64,000 nucleotides of DNA from an uncultured Clostridia bacterium. GTDB taxonomy: Bacteria; Bacillota; Clostridia; Christensenellales; UBA1242. The notes under the pieces are model-generated. The model was given only the letters and a program-made list of their open reading frames with translations, did no database searches and was not told the DNA's origin. How positions within the stretch are numbered: the stretch's first letter is position 1; the number at the start of each line of letters is the position of its first letter. This document shows positions 46,518 through 55,347 of this stretch, in pieces. The translations under genes and the position numbers were made by a program. The stretch is taken from NCBI GenBank assembly GCA_944383405.1, contig CALWPL010000002.1, positions 2,990 through 66,989 of the forward strand, written 5' to 3'.

Positions 46518-47471
46518 ATGATACAAATTGAAAGGCCAAGAGTTAGTATTGACGAAAAGGAAAATGGGGCATTTGCAACTTTTGTTGTTGAACCTCTTGA
46601 AAAGGGTTTTGGAATAACTATTGGAAATAGTCTTAGAAGAACATTACTAGGTTCAATGCCAGGTGCTGCTATAATTGCTGTGAGAATTGATGGTGTTCAA
46701 CATGAGTTTTCAAGCATAAAGGGAGTTAGTGAAGATGTAACTGATATAATTCTTAACTTGAAAAACCTTGCAGTTATGACAAGTGTTCTTGATGAAGATT
46801 TTACAACAACTATACATTTGCACAAAGTTGGACCTTGTGAGGTCTTAGCAAGTGATATTGAAACTAATGACCAAGTTGAGATTTTAAATCCAGAACTTAA
46901 AATCTGCACTCTTGATTCTGATGCGGATTTAAATATGGAACTTATAGTTGGTCGTGGGAGAGGTTATAACACTTCTCAAAAAAATAAGAGAGAAGATGAC
47001 CCTATTGGATACATTGCAATGGATTCTATTTTTACTCCTGTTAAGGCTGTAAATTACAAGGTTGAGGCAACTCGTGTTGGGCAATCTCTTGATTATGACA
47101 AATTAACTCTTGAAGTTAGAACAAATGGCACAATGAGTGCAAAGGAAGTTGTTAGTCTTGCTTCAAAGATTATTAAAGACCACATGAACTTATTTGTTGA
47201 TATGGTTGACCACATGAATGAAGTCGACATTCTTGTTTCTCACGAAGAGGATAAGCCTGAAAAGGTCATGGAGATGTCAATTGAAGATATGGACCTTTCT
47301 GTGAGAAGTTATAATTGTTTAAAGAGAGCAAACATTAACACTATTGAAGATTTGACAAAGAAGTCAAAAGAAGATATGTTAAAGGTTAGAAACTTAGGAC
47401 TAAAATCTCTAGAAGAAGTTATTAATAAACTTCATAGCATGGGATTATCTCTTAGAAATGATGAAGAATAA
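46518..47471 (+). CDS. rpoA: DNA-directed RNA polymerase subunit alpha
   Basis: G.T.GN.LRR.LL.S.PG.A and C-terminal domain LSVRSYNCLKRA.I.T..DL......DM.KVRNLG.KSL.EV. Confidence 0.96.
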   Translation: MIQIERPRVSIDEKENGAFATFVVEPLEKGFGITIGNSLRRTLLGSMPGAAIIAVRIDGVQHEFSSIKGVSEDVTDIILNLKNLAVMTSVLDEDFTTTIHLHKVGPCEVLASDIETNDQVEILNPELKICTLDSDADLNMELIVGRGRGYNTSQKNKREDDPIGYIAMDSIFTPVKAVNYKVEATRVGQSLDYDKLTLEVRTNGTMSAKEVVSLASKIIKDHMNLFVDMVDHMNEVDILVSHEEDKPEKVMEMSIEDMDLSVRSYNCLKRANINTIEDLTKKSKEDMLKVRNLGLKSLEEVINKLHSMGLSLRNDEE

Positions 47472-47506
47472 TTTATTTAAAATACAATTATAGAAAGGAG
47501 AAAATT

Positions 47507-48019
47507 ATGGCTAATATTGCTAAATTAAATAGGCCTACAAAAGAAAGACTTAGTTTGCTTCGTAATCAGGCAAGTTCTCTATTATGGGACGGAAAAGTTA
47601 CAACTACAACTGCAAGAGCAAAAGCGTTGCAAAGTTATGTTGAAAAACTTTTAACACTTGCAATTAAGACCTATGAAGATACAATTAAAGTTGTAAAAAC
47701 AGAAGTTGATAGCAAGGGAGTAAAAGTAAAAAGAGAAGTCTTAAACGATGGCCCTCAAAAATTAAAAGCAAGAAGAATGATTATGTCTAAATTGTTTGAT
47801 AGACAAGAACAACGCCAGCCAAAAGAATCTAAAATGAATTTTGTTGAGAGAACAAAAGACATTAATCATCCTTTGATTGAAAAAATTTTTAATGTTTATG
47901 CACCAAAGTATGCTGAAAGAATTAAAGAAAAAGGTCAGGGCGGTGGATATACAAGAGTTTTAAAGACAGATGTTAGAAGAGGAGATGCTGCTCAACTTTG
48001 TCTTGTTGAATTAATTTAA
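47507..48019 (+). CDS. rplQ: 50S ribosomal protein L17 (long form with internal insertion)
   Basis: LNR....R..L.RN.....L....V.TT..RAK......EKL.T.A and C-terminal GGYTR.LK...RRGD.A....VEL. Confidence 0.92.
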   Translation: MANIAKLNRPTKERLSLLRNQASSLLWDGKVTTTTARAKALQSYVEKLLTLAIKTYEDTIKVVKTEVDSKGVKVKREVLNDGPQKLKARRMIMSKLFDRQEQRQPKESKMNFVERTKDINHPLIEKIFNVYAPKYAERIKEKGQGGGYTRVLKTDVRRGDAAQLCLVELI

Positions 48020-48026
48020 TTTTTAA

Positions 48027-48062
48027 AAAACATATTAAGAGATTTTCTTAGTATGTTTTTTT
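48027..48062 (+). terminator. Rho-independent terminator of the ribosomal super-operon
   Basis: aacatattaag / cttagtatgtt 11-bp stem (one G-U pair), then T7. Confidence 0.75.
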
Positions 48063-49428
48063 ATGAAAATAAGAGATTTAATAATTTTAGTGATTTTATT
48101 TAATTGAATTAAATTTTTTATTTGACAATAAAAAAAGATATTTTAGATAATTTTTTGGTTTAAAAATTTTGAAACTGCTAGATTTTTATTTAATATAAAT
48201 GTGTTCATATTAACATATGATAAGTTGTTCAAGTAAAATTGATAATTGTAAATTAAACTAAAATTGCAAAATTTTAAAATTATAAAAATTTTTTAGTTAT
48301 ATAAAATTTATTAAATCTATCTTGATTTTATAAACAAATTTTAATTTGATAAAGCAATAATAATATTAAATTATTGGCATTTATTAATATGTACATATTG
48401 ACATTTTATAATATCTACATATTCTTATAAATAATTTTCATAACTAATCTTTTTTAAAATTATAGACTATTTGATTAATAAATTATTTTAAGATTAAATC
48501 ATTTTAAAACTAACATGATTAAAAAATATAAAACTAAAAAAAACTTATAAAGTTATTTAACTTTTGTGGTTTTTTTAACATTTAGTAAGTTTTTTTATAT
48601 GTTTAAGATTAGTAGATTATTTTATTTTTATAAGTAAAAAAATATTAAGTAAATAGTAATTTTATAGTTAAAATTCAAAAAGTTATATTATTAATAAATT
48701 AGTTTTAACAAAAGTAATATATGAACATATATCAATTTGAGAATATTAACAAGTGTATATATGTAGATATGTCTTAATAACAAAAATAAAGTTTTAATGT
48801 TTGGTCAACATATAAATTGATACTATTATGACTAAATGGAGTATGCAATTTTCTAAATCTATAAAACTTACCTAGTAAAAAATCGAATAATGTAATATTA
48901 TTTGTAGCAAAAAAATTAGAAATATTGAAAAAAGAACTATTTGTTGCTATTTAATTTAAAAAAATCAAAAAATTATTTTAGAACTAATTTGTTTGTAAAA
49001 ATTTGTCTAAGGTTTAAATTTTTAAACGAGATAAAAGTAGTGAAAAATAAACTAAAATAGTTTTAGGTTTTGATAAAAATTTATTTTAAATTATTTTTTT
49101 ATTCATTTTTTTGATAGTAAATAGCTTCGGAGTAAATATTTATTTTAGTAACTACAAGAGTTATTTTAAATAATTTTCTAAGGCAAATTTGAAAAGTTAA
49201 ATATAAAAATTTAGTCAAGAGTAAAATTTTATTAATTTTAATAAAAAATATAATAATGATTATATGCACACATTTTAGTTTAGATGTTGTTTTTATTTGA
49301 CTTTCACAAGGCTCAAAAGTTATAATAAACTTATAAAAGTCTTAGGGTAAAAGCGAATATAAACTACATTCTTTATGCAAAATAATTACATACATATATG
49401 CACATAAAAGGATTAATTAGGAGAAAGT
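48063..49428. other. 1.37-kb ORF-free, extremely AT-rich spacer
   Basis: No ORF of 60 aa or more on either strand in the supplied track. Almost devoid of G/C, with many A/T tracts and several ATATG-N2-CATAT-type palindromes. Confidence 0.8.
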
Positions 49429-52400
49429 ATGAAGCATATTTTAAAAGTCATATTTTTAACAATACTTGCAACATTAGGGGCAATTGCTCTATTTATTGGG
49501 GGAATGTACCTTTTTGGTGGATTTAATAATCCAAATGTTTATGCAAGCGATTTAACTTTTAATACAAGTGAAGTTATTAGTTCAGATGCTTTTTCACTTC
49601 AAGTAAATACTCAAACAGAAAATGTCAATATGACAACTCTTACGCTTGAAACTCTTCCTGGTGGAGAAGGAATAATAAATTATCCTAGACAAGTTACTAT
49701 TGGGCAACCCTTTTTCATTTCGCCAATAAGAGATGGAAATGGATACAATGTTGGTGGAGTTGTAGATTTGGTTGCTAGATATAACGATAGTTCATCGGAC
49801 CAAAGTGTTTATGCTACCTGTAAAATATTAATTGATGTGCCAGTAGAAGATGTTAGTATTAATTTTAATCAAAATGAGATAAAGGTAACTGATAATGTTT
49901 TACTTGCAAGTCAAGGGCAAGATTTAAGTCAAGTTATTAATGTTTCTCCAAGTAATTCGCTAATACCTTATGATTCAAAGTCAAGTTTTGGAACTTTGGG
50001 AGAAGGAAGTATTTTTGCATCAGGTAGTTTTGTTGATAAAAAAATATTTTTAGCATTGATTAATACTCAGACTGGAGAGCCTGATAAAAATCTTGCAAAT
50101 TTTGTTACTATGCAAAATGGAGTTAGTTCCACATCTCCTATAATTCAATTGGAGTATGACTACAACGAACAAAACAATTCTTTTACTATTAGAAATGATA
50201 TAAGAATTCTTCCTAGTGATAATCTAGGAGAGGTTGTACTTAGAGTTTATGTTTGCCCATCCTACATAGGTCAAGAAGATATTAATGTAAGTAATGTTTT
50301 AACTTCAAATAATACAGTTTATAACGATATCGGTTTTGTAATAACTAATTACACAGTTGATGGTATTAGAATGGATTTATCTGATAAAGATGTTTATTAT
50401 GATGAAGAAATTACACTTTTTCTAAACAATCCAAACGCTTCAAATGGGGATATAAATTTAGGAATTGAATTATATAATAACGAAGGTAGGGAAATTGACG
50501 AGTTTTTACTTAGAAATAATGTTTACATAACAATTGAAAGCGATATTAGTGATAGATTGACAAGAATTGATGGAAGTAGTGTTGTTGAAGGTGGACTTAA
50601 TGTAAATTATGATAATATTTCTGCAAATAAGGCTTCTTGGGGATTAAAATATTATTACAATGATTTTATGGCTTATTATAATTACAAAAATTTAAGCCTA
50701 GATGAAAATAAAATAAAAGTTAGAGTTGACTATATTGATAGTACGGATGAAACAAATAATCATTCGATTTCCTTTTATTTGATTCCACGGGCAAGAGAAG
50801 TTGAATCTATGTCTGTTAAATACCCTTCAAATCAAAGTCAACTTAGTTATCAGAGTGGAGAAGAGTTTAGGTTATCTTTAAACGATTTCAACTTTATTTA
50901 TGCAAATGGTTCTAATTCAAGTTTTAATAGTTTAGCATATTATATTCCTTTTATTCAGGCAAATGAAATAGAGACTATTCCTGATGTTACGGGGAATTTT
51001 AGATTGGTATTTGCGGTTACCCCTTCAATGGGCGGAATTGTTAGTAACTTTGCACAAGTTGGAAATTGGTGTAATATGGCAAACAGTATTGTTAGGTTTG
51101 TGCAAGGCGAAAATGTTTTTGAAGTATCCTTTGACAGTACTGGTAATGTTATTGCATCAGAAAATACTATTGAATTTAATGCTTTGGAGACTATAAATGT
51201 TGAAGTTTTAAGTCTTGTTAAAAATGCTGATGTAAGTCAGAGCAGTAATCTTTTTACTTTTTCTATTGGAGACGAATTATTTGAAATTGGTGCAGATGAA
51301 GTTAAGTTTTATAACATTTCAAGTGGGGCTTCAAGTAATTTGCCTTATTTATACATTAATAATGTGTCTTTTGCAGTTGAATTTGAGTTTGTAACAATAA
51401 ATGGGCTTAGATATTTATATATTATTGAAAATGATTATACTACTTATGAACTTGTGGGAATTGGGAGTTTTATTGTTAATGCTGAACTCGTTTATATTGG
51501 GCAAGATGAAGTTTATTTATTAGGCGTTAATTGTCCAATTAATATATATGTTTACGAAGAGATAACATCCTTATCAATTTATACTTATAATGAAAGTGGT
51601 TCATCAGTGGAATTCCCATTTGACATAAGTTATGAAGAAGGGCAAGAAAATCCGTATTATTTATACATTACTTCTTCACAAATTGAGACATTAAGAAGGC
51701 TATGCAATTCTCAGCAATTAAAGGTGTCGGTTTCTCAACAATTTGGGCAATTTGACCCGGAAGATTATGAGAGTTTAGTTGGGCTAAGTTTAAGAGAGAT
51801 AAATCAAGATACTATTGTATTTGGAGAATTTGAAGAAGTATATAGTGAAGACGATAGTAGTGAAATTATAGGATTTAGGATCCCATATTATATAAACGAT
51901 GTTTACTCTATAAAAATTAATGATGTGGACATAGAAAATAGTTTTGATATTAGAGTTTATGTAGACAACTATTCAGGAGAATACTTTTACGGACAGTTTA
52001 TATACGAAGATTTAACTACAAGTGAAACTTTAACAATTAATATTGAAGACAAACTTTTATCTATTGCTGAACTTAGGTATTTAGATAGTGATTTAGGAAC
52101 TATTGATAATCCAATTACGCTTAGGGCTACAATTAGCAATGCTGATATAGCATGGAATGTAACAAACCAGGGCGGAGTTGTTGTTAGTGAACTTGAAGAT
52201 TTAGTGTATGGATTTAAGTATAGTCAAGATGATACTGATACAAGTGTTGCCCTTTTACAATATGAGATGACGGAAGTTGATGACAGGTTGACGCTTAATG
52301 GGGTTAATGATTTTTATGAGTTTGTGCCACAAGAGGATGGTAGGGGTGGCTTATATTTTAAAAATCTTCCATATTATGCTGGTGGAATTTTACTAAGATT

Positions 52401-53853
52401 TAGAATTTATGCAGATTCTACTTACGAAAATAACATGTATTATACATGGAATGGGAATAGTTTTGTTCAAAAAATAAATGACGAGTTAAGTCAAGGGGCT
52501 GAATTATATTTTAGAGTTGAAGGATTTAATATTTCTATAACTGCACAAAATCAAGACCTTGTGGGAATTAAGGGAACTCAGGTTAATATGTTTGCAGAGC
52601 AAAATGGCATATTTACTATTTCCGGAGTGCCTGGAAGTGTTGATTATTCAAAATTATTTAACTGTTCGATTAACAATTCTAATGTGTTGCTTAGTAGTGA
52701 TTATTCTACACTGACAATTAATGGAGATTTCTTAAGCGAACAAAATGTTACAATAAGATTTTATTATGGGACAAGTGCAATGGCAAATCCTTTAATGATT
52801 ACGACATCAAGTGGGGGGAGTGTAGATAGTTATACACAGTATATAGATGGGGCTTTTAATATACAAACTACAACTTCGTTTGATGCTCCAAGTAGTAATA
52901 ATACTTTTGCTCAAATTACTTATAAAAATGGTGATGTTGATGCAATAGAAAGTGGGCTTGTTAGTATTAGTGTAAGTAAACTTGAAGATACAGAAAATGT
53001 GATAGAAATTTCAAATAATTTAGTTAGTTTTAAGAGTATAACGGGGAGTTATAATGCAAAATTAAGACTTACAATTACAAATATTGAAACGCAAGATGTA
53101 AGGATTATAGATAGAGATATAACTATCCTATCTAAATACACTCAAAATGATATTTCTGTTGGAATGCTTGATAGTGAGAGTGGAAAATATACTATTCATG
53201 CAGGAACTCGGCAAAATACCAGTGGTGGCGGAATTGTTTTATCAAATTTCTTACTTGAGAATTGGGCAAATGTAGTTGGAGTTGAAATATCATTTAGCAA
53301 TGTAGATAGTGAAGATAACTTGGCTGCAAGTGCACACATGATGGGGACATATACAAGTAGTTCAAAGTCAATAGAAATTTATTCAAATGATTTAAATTAT
53401 GACAAAGATATAGTTATTCATTTTGTGTTTAGTTTTAGTGATGGTGGAAGTTTTGAAGTTGAAAAAACGATTTGCGTTACAAAAAATCTTGAATTAACAT
53501 TGACAAATATTGATAGTTTACAATCAAGTGATGTAATAAATTTAGGGGACACAAATAGATACTATTTACAAAGAGACGGAGTAAGAGTTAATTTAGACCC
53601 AAATGATTTTTCATTAGAAAATGAGTATAGAGATTATTCAGAAGATAGTTTTACCTATGATAGTAGCATATTTAATAATATTACAAGTCAAATGCCTGGG
53701 CTCGATTCAATATTGATTCTTAGTGTTAAGTATGACCCTGAGAGAAATGGGGAGACCGTTTTAACTCAAATTACATTTGACTATAAAACAGAACAGAATT
53801 ATATATTGACTTTTGTTATAGATATTAGTGTATTTTTAATTGGTAGTCCATAA
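49429..53853 (+). CDS. Orphan giant N-terminally anchored extracytoplasmic protein (1474 aa)
   Basis: AGGAGAAAG RBS and a single N-terminal TM (VIFLTILATLGAIALFIGGMYLF). Asn/Ser/Tyr/Ile-rich, beta-like sequence. No LPXTG, LRR or other motif recognised, and no obvious internal repeat. Confidence 0.75.
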   Translation: MKHILKVIFLTILATLGAIALFIGGMYLFGGFNNPNVYASDLTFNTSEVISSDAFSLQVNTQTENVNMTTLTLETLPGGEGIINYPRQVTIGQPFFISPIRDGNGYNVGGVVDLVARYNDSSSDQSVYATCKILIDVPVEDVSINFNQNEIKVTDNVLLASQGQDLSQVINVSPSNSLIPYDSKSSFGTLGEGSIFASGSFVDKKIFLALINTQTGEPDKNLANFVTMQNGVSSTSPIIQLEYDYNEQNNSFTIRNDIRILPSDNLGEVVLRVYVCPSYIGQEDINVSNVLTSNNTVYNDIGFVITNYTVDGIRMDLSDKDVYYDEEITLFLNNPNASNGDINLGIELYNNEGREIDEFLLRNNVYITIESDISDRLTRIDGSSVVEGGLNVNYDNISANKASWGLKYYYNDFMAYYNYKNLSLDENKIKVRVDYIDSTDETNNHSISFYLIPRAREVESMSVKYPSNQSQLSYQSGEEFRLSLNDFNFIYANGSNSSFNSLAYYIPFIQANEIETIPDVTGNFRLVFAVTPSMGGIVSNFAQVGNWCNMANSIVRFVQGENVFEVSFDSTGNVIASENTIEFNALETINVEVLSLVKNADVSQSSNLFTFSIGDELFEIGADEVKFYNISSGASSNLPYLYINNVSFAVEFEFVTINGLRYLYIIENDYTTYELVGIGSFIVNAELVYIGQDEVYLLGVNCPINIYVYEEITSLSIYTYNESGSSVEFPFDISYEEGQENPYYLYITSSQIETLRRLCNSQQLKVSVSQQFGQFDPEDYESLVGLSLREINQDTIVFGEFEEVYSEDDSSEIIGFRIPYYINDVYSIKINDVDIENSFDIRVYVDNYSGEYFYGQFIYEDLTTSETLTINIEDKLLSIAELRYLDSDLGTIDNPITLRATISNADIAWNVTNQGGVVVSELEDLVYGFKYSQDDTDTSVALLQYEMTEVDDRLTLNGVNDFYEFVPQEDGRGGLYFKNLPYYAGGILLRFRIYADSTYENNMYYTWNGNSFVQKINDELSQGAELYFRVEGFNISITAQNQDLVGIKGTQVNMFAEQNGIFTISGVPGSVDYSKLFNCSINNSNVLLSSDYSTLTINGDFLSEQNVTIRFYYGTSAMANPLMITTSSGGSVDSYTQYIDGAFNIQTTTSFDAPSSNNTFAQITYKNGDVDAIESGLVSISVSKLEDTENVIEISNNLVSFKSITGSYNAKLRLTITNIETQDVRIIDRDITILSKYTQNDISVGMLDSESGKYTIHAGTRQNTSGGGIVLSNFLLENWANVVGVEISFSNVDSEDNLAASAHMMGTYTSSSKSIEIYSNDLNYDKDIVIHFVFSFSDGGSFEVEKTICVTKNLELTLTNIDSLQSSDVINLGDTNRYYLQRDGVRVNLDPNDFSLENEYRDYSEDSFTYDSSIFNNITSQMPGLDSILILSVKYDPERNGETVLTQITFDYKTEQNYILTFVIDISVFLIGSP

Positions 53854-53873
53854 TAGAAAACAAGGGGGACAAA

Positions 53874-54608
53874 ATGAATTTATTTGATAATCAAAAGTAT
53901 TATAGTAAAGAAGAATTTGATAAAATTAGTTATGAGGACCAACAAGAAATCTTTTTGAGAATTCGAGCATGGATGCCTCGTGTAACTGGAAAAGATAGGT
54001 ATAATTCTGAAAAGTTTAAGAATATTATTATAAATAGGATTGAACAAATTTGTGCTTATGCATGTTCTGGGCATATTCCTTCACAAGACTACATGGGGTA
54101 TATTTATAAAAGGGGCTATGGAGATATTTTCCCTATAAACTATAAAAGGTCTATTGAGTGGAGCATAATTGCTGCAAGAAATGGCAGTAAACTTGCGCCA
54201 CAAAGGATGCGGGCTTTTATGAACCCTGCTGTTGATATGATTATGAGTAGTCCTAGGGCGGGGCAGATTGTCAAGTATAATGAATTAAATTTGTCAAATT
54301 ACTTTTGGTTTCTAAGTCAGTATGTTTGCGAGTTGCTATATGTTGACTTGCAACTTGACCCAGTTGAAATGTCAAAAAAAGAACTTATTGAAGAGGACCA
54401 AAATGAAAAAAAAGCAAGAATTTTCTTTGATAGGTTTAGAGACAGGTGTGTTAATGGGGCGATAGATAACCTTATAAAGAAATTACCAGAAGATATAAAA
54501 GAAGACGACGAAGGGGAGGAGTTAAAGCCAAAAGAAGAAAAAGATGAAAAAGCGGAAGATTTTCATTTTGAAGGAATTAATATTGAAGATATTGATGAAG
54601 ACGAGTAA
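53874..54608 (+). CDS. Hypothetical protein with one Sel1-like repeat and acidic tail
   Basis: AAGGGGGA RBS 20 nt after the giant gene. MGYIYKRGYGDIFPINYKRSIEWSIIAARNGSKLAPQRM fits the Sel1/TPR-like pattern (G.Y..G.G......A..W...AA..G...A). No signal peptide. Confidence 0.4.
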   Translation: MNLFDNQKYYSKEEFDKISYEDQQEIFLRIRAWMPRVTGKDRYNSEKFKNIIINRIEQICAYACSGHIPSQDYMGYIYKRGYGDIFPINYKRSIEWSIIAARNGSKLAPQRMRAFMNPAVDMIMSSPRAGQIVKYNELNLSNYFWFLSQYVCELLYVDLQLDPVEMSKKELIEEDQNEKKARIFFDRFRDRCVNGAIDNLIKKLPEDIKEDDEGEELKPKEEKDEKAEDFHFEGINIEDIDEDE

Positions 54609-54705
54609 AATGAGTAAGTACATAGTAGAAGTAAAATGGGCTTGCAATAAATGAGATAGATATATATTAATTGTACTTGATTAAAATCTTAAAAGAACAA
54701 ATATA

Positions 54706-54749
54706 AAAAGAGCATATAGCCTTGTTTAGTCGTTGGTTGCTCTTTTTTT
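54706..54749 (+). terminator. Probable terminator after the giant-protein operon
   Basis: aaaagagca / tgctctttt stem with a large loop, then a T-run. Confidence 0.45.
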
Positions 54750-55015
54750 ATTTAGATTATTAAAAAAAATACTACTAATGTTAAAATATTTTGAACTATG
54801 TAAAATTTGGGGTATAGTTTTGTGAGTTAGATTATTTTTACTAATTTTTTATATTAGTTTCAAAAAACAGACTAAATATTATTTTTTTATAACAAAAATT
54901 TTACAATTAAACAGTGAAAATGTAATAAAAAAAGAAAAACATAAAAATTTGTTTTCTCTTGTATTTTTTTGTATTTAGTGTATTAAAAACTTTTATTTGG
55001 TATGTATAAATTATC

Positions 55016-55264
55016 TTAATCTTCAAGTCCAGCAAGATAATCTATTGTTACACCAAAATATTCTGCTAATGAAACTAAATTTGATAAGGTTGGCTCGCAT
55101 GTGTCTGTTTCCCACAAACTGACGATTGATTTCCCAACATCAATTTCCTTTGCGAGTTGAACCTGACCTAAATGTTTCTCTTTCCTTAATTCTCTAAGTT
55201 GTTGTCCAAAACTTTCCATGCATACATTATTCCATAATCTGGAAATGTTTTGTTGACTTTCCAT
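55016..55264 (-). CDS. XRE-family helix-turn-helix transcriptional regulator
   Basis: FGQQLRELRKEKHLGQVQLAKEIDVGKSIVSLWETD...PTLSNLVSLAEYFGVTIDYL is a canonical Cro/C1 HTH. The true start may be the internal MESFGQQ at 55219. Confidence 0.8.
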   Translation of the reverse strand: MESQQNISRLWNNVCMESFGQQLRELRKEKHLGQVQLAKEIDVGKSIVSLWETDTCEPTLSNLVSLAEYFGVTIDYLAGLED

Positions 55265-55347
55265 TATTATGGGAATATTATTTTAATAAATTTTAAATAT
55301 TTTTTCAAACAATCTTTAATATTTAAAATTTTGGGAATACTTTTTGT

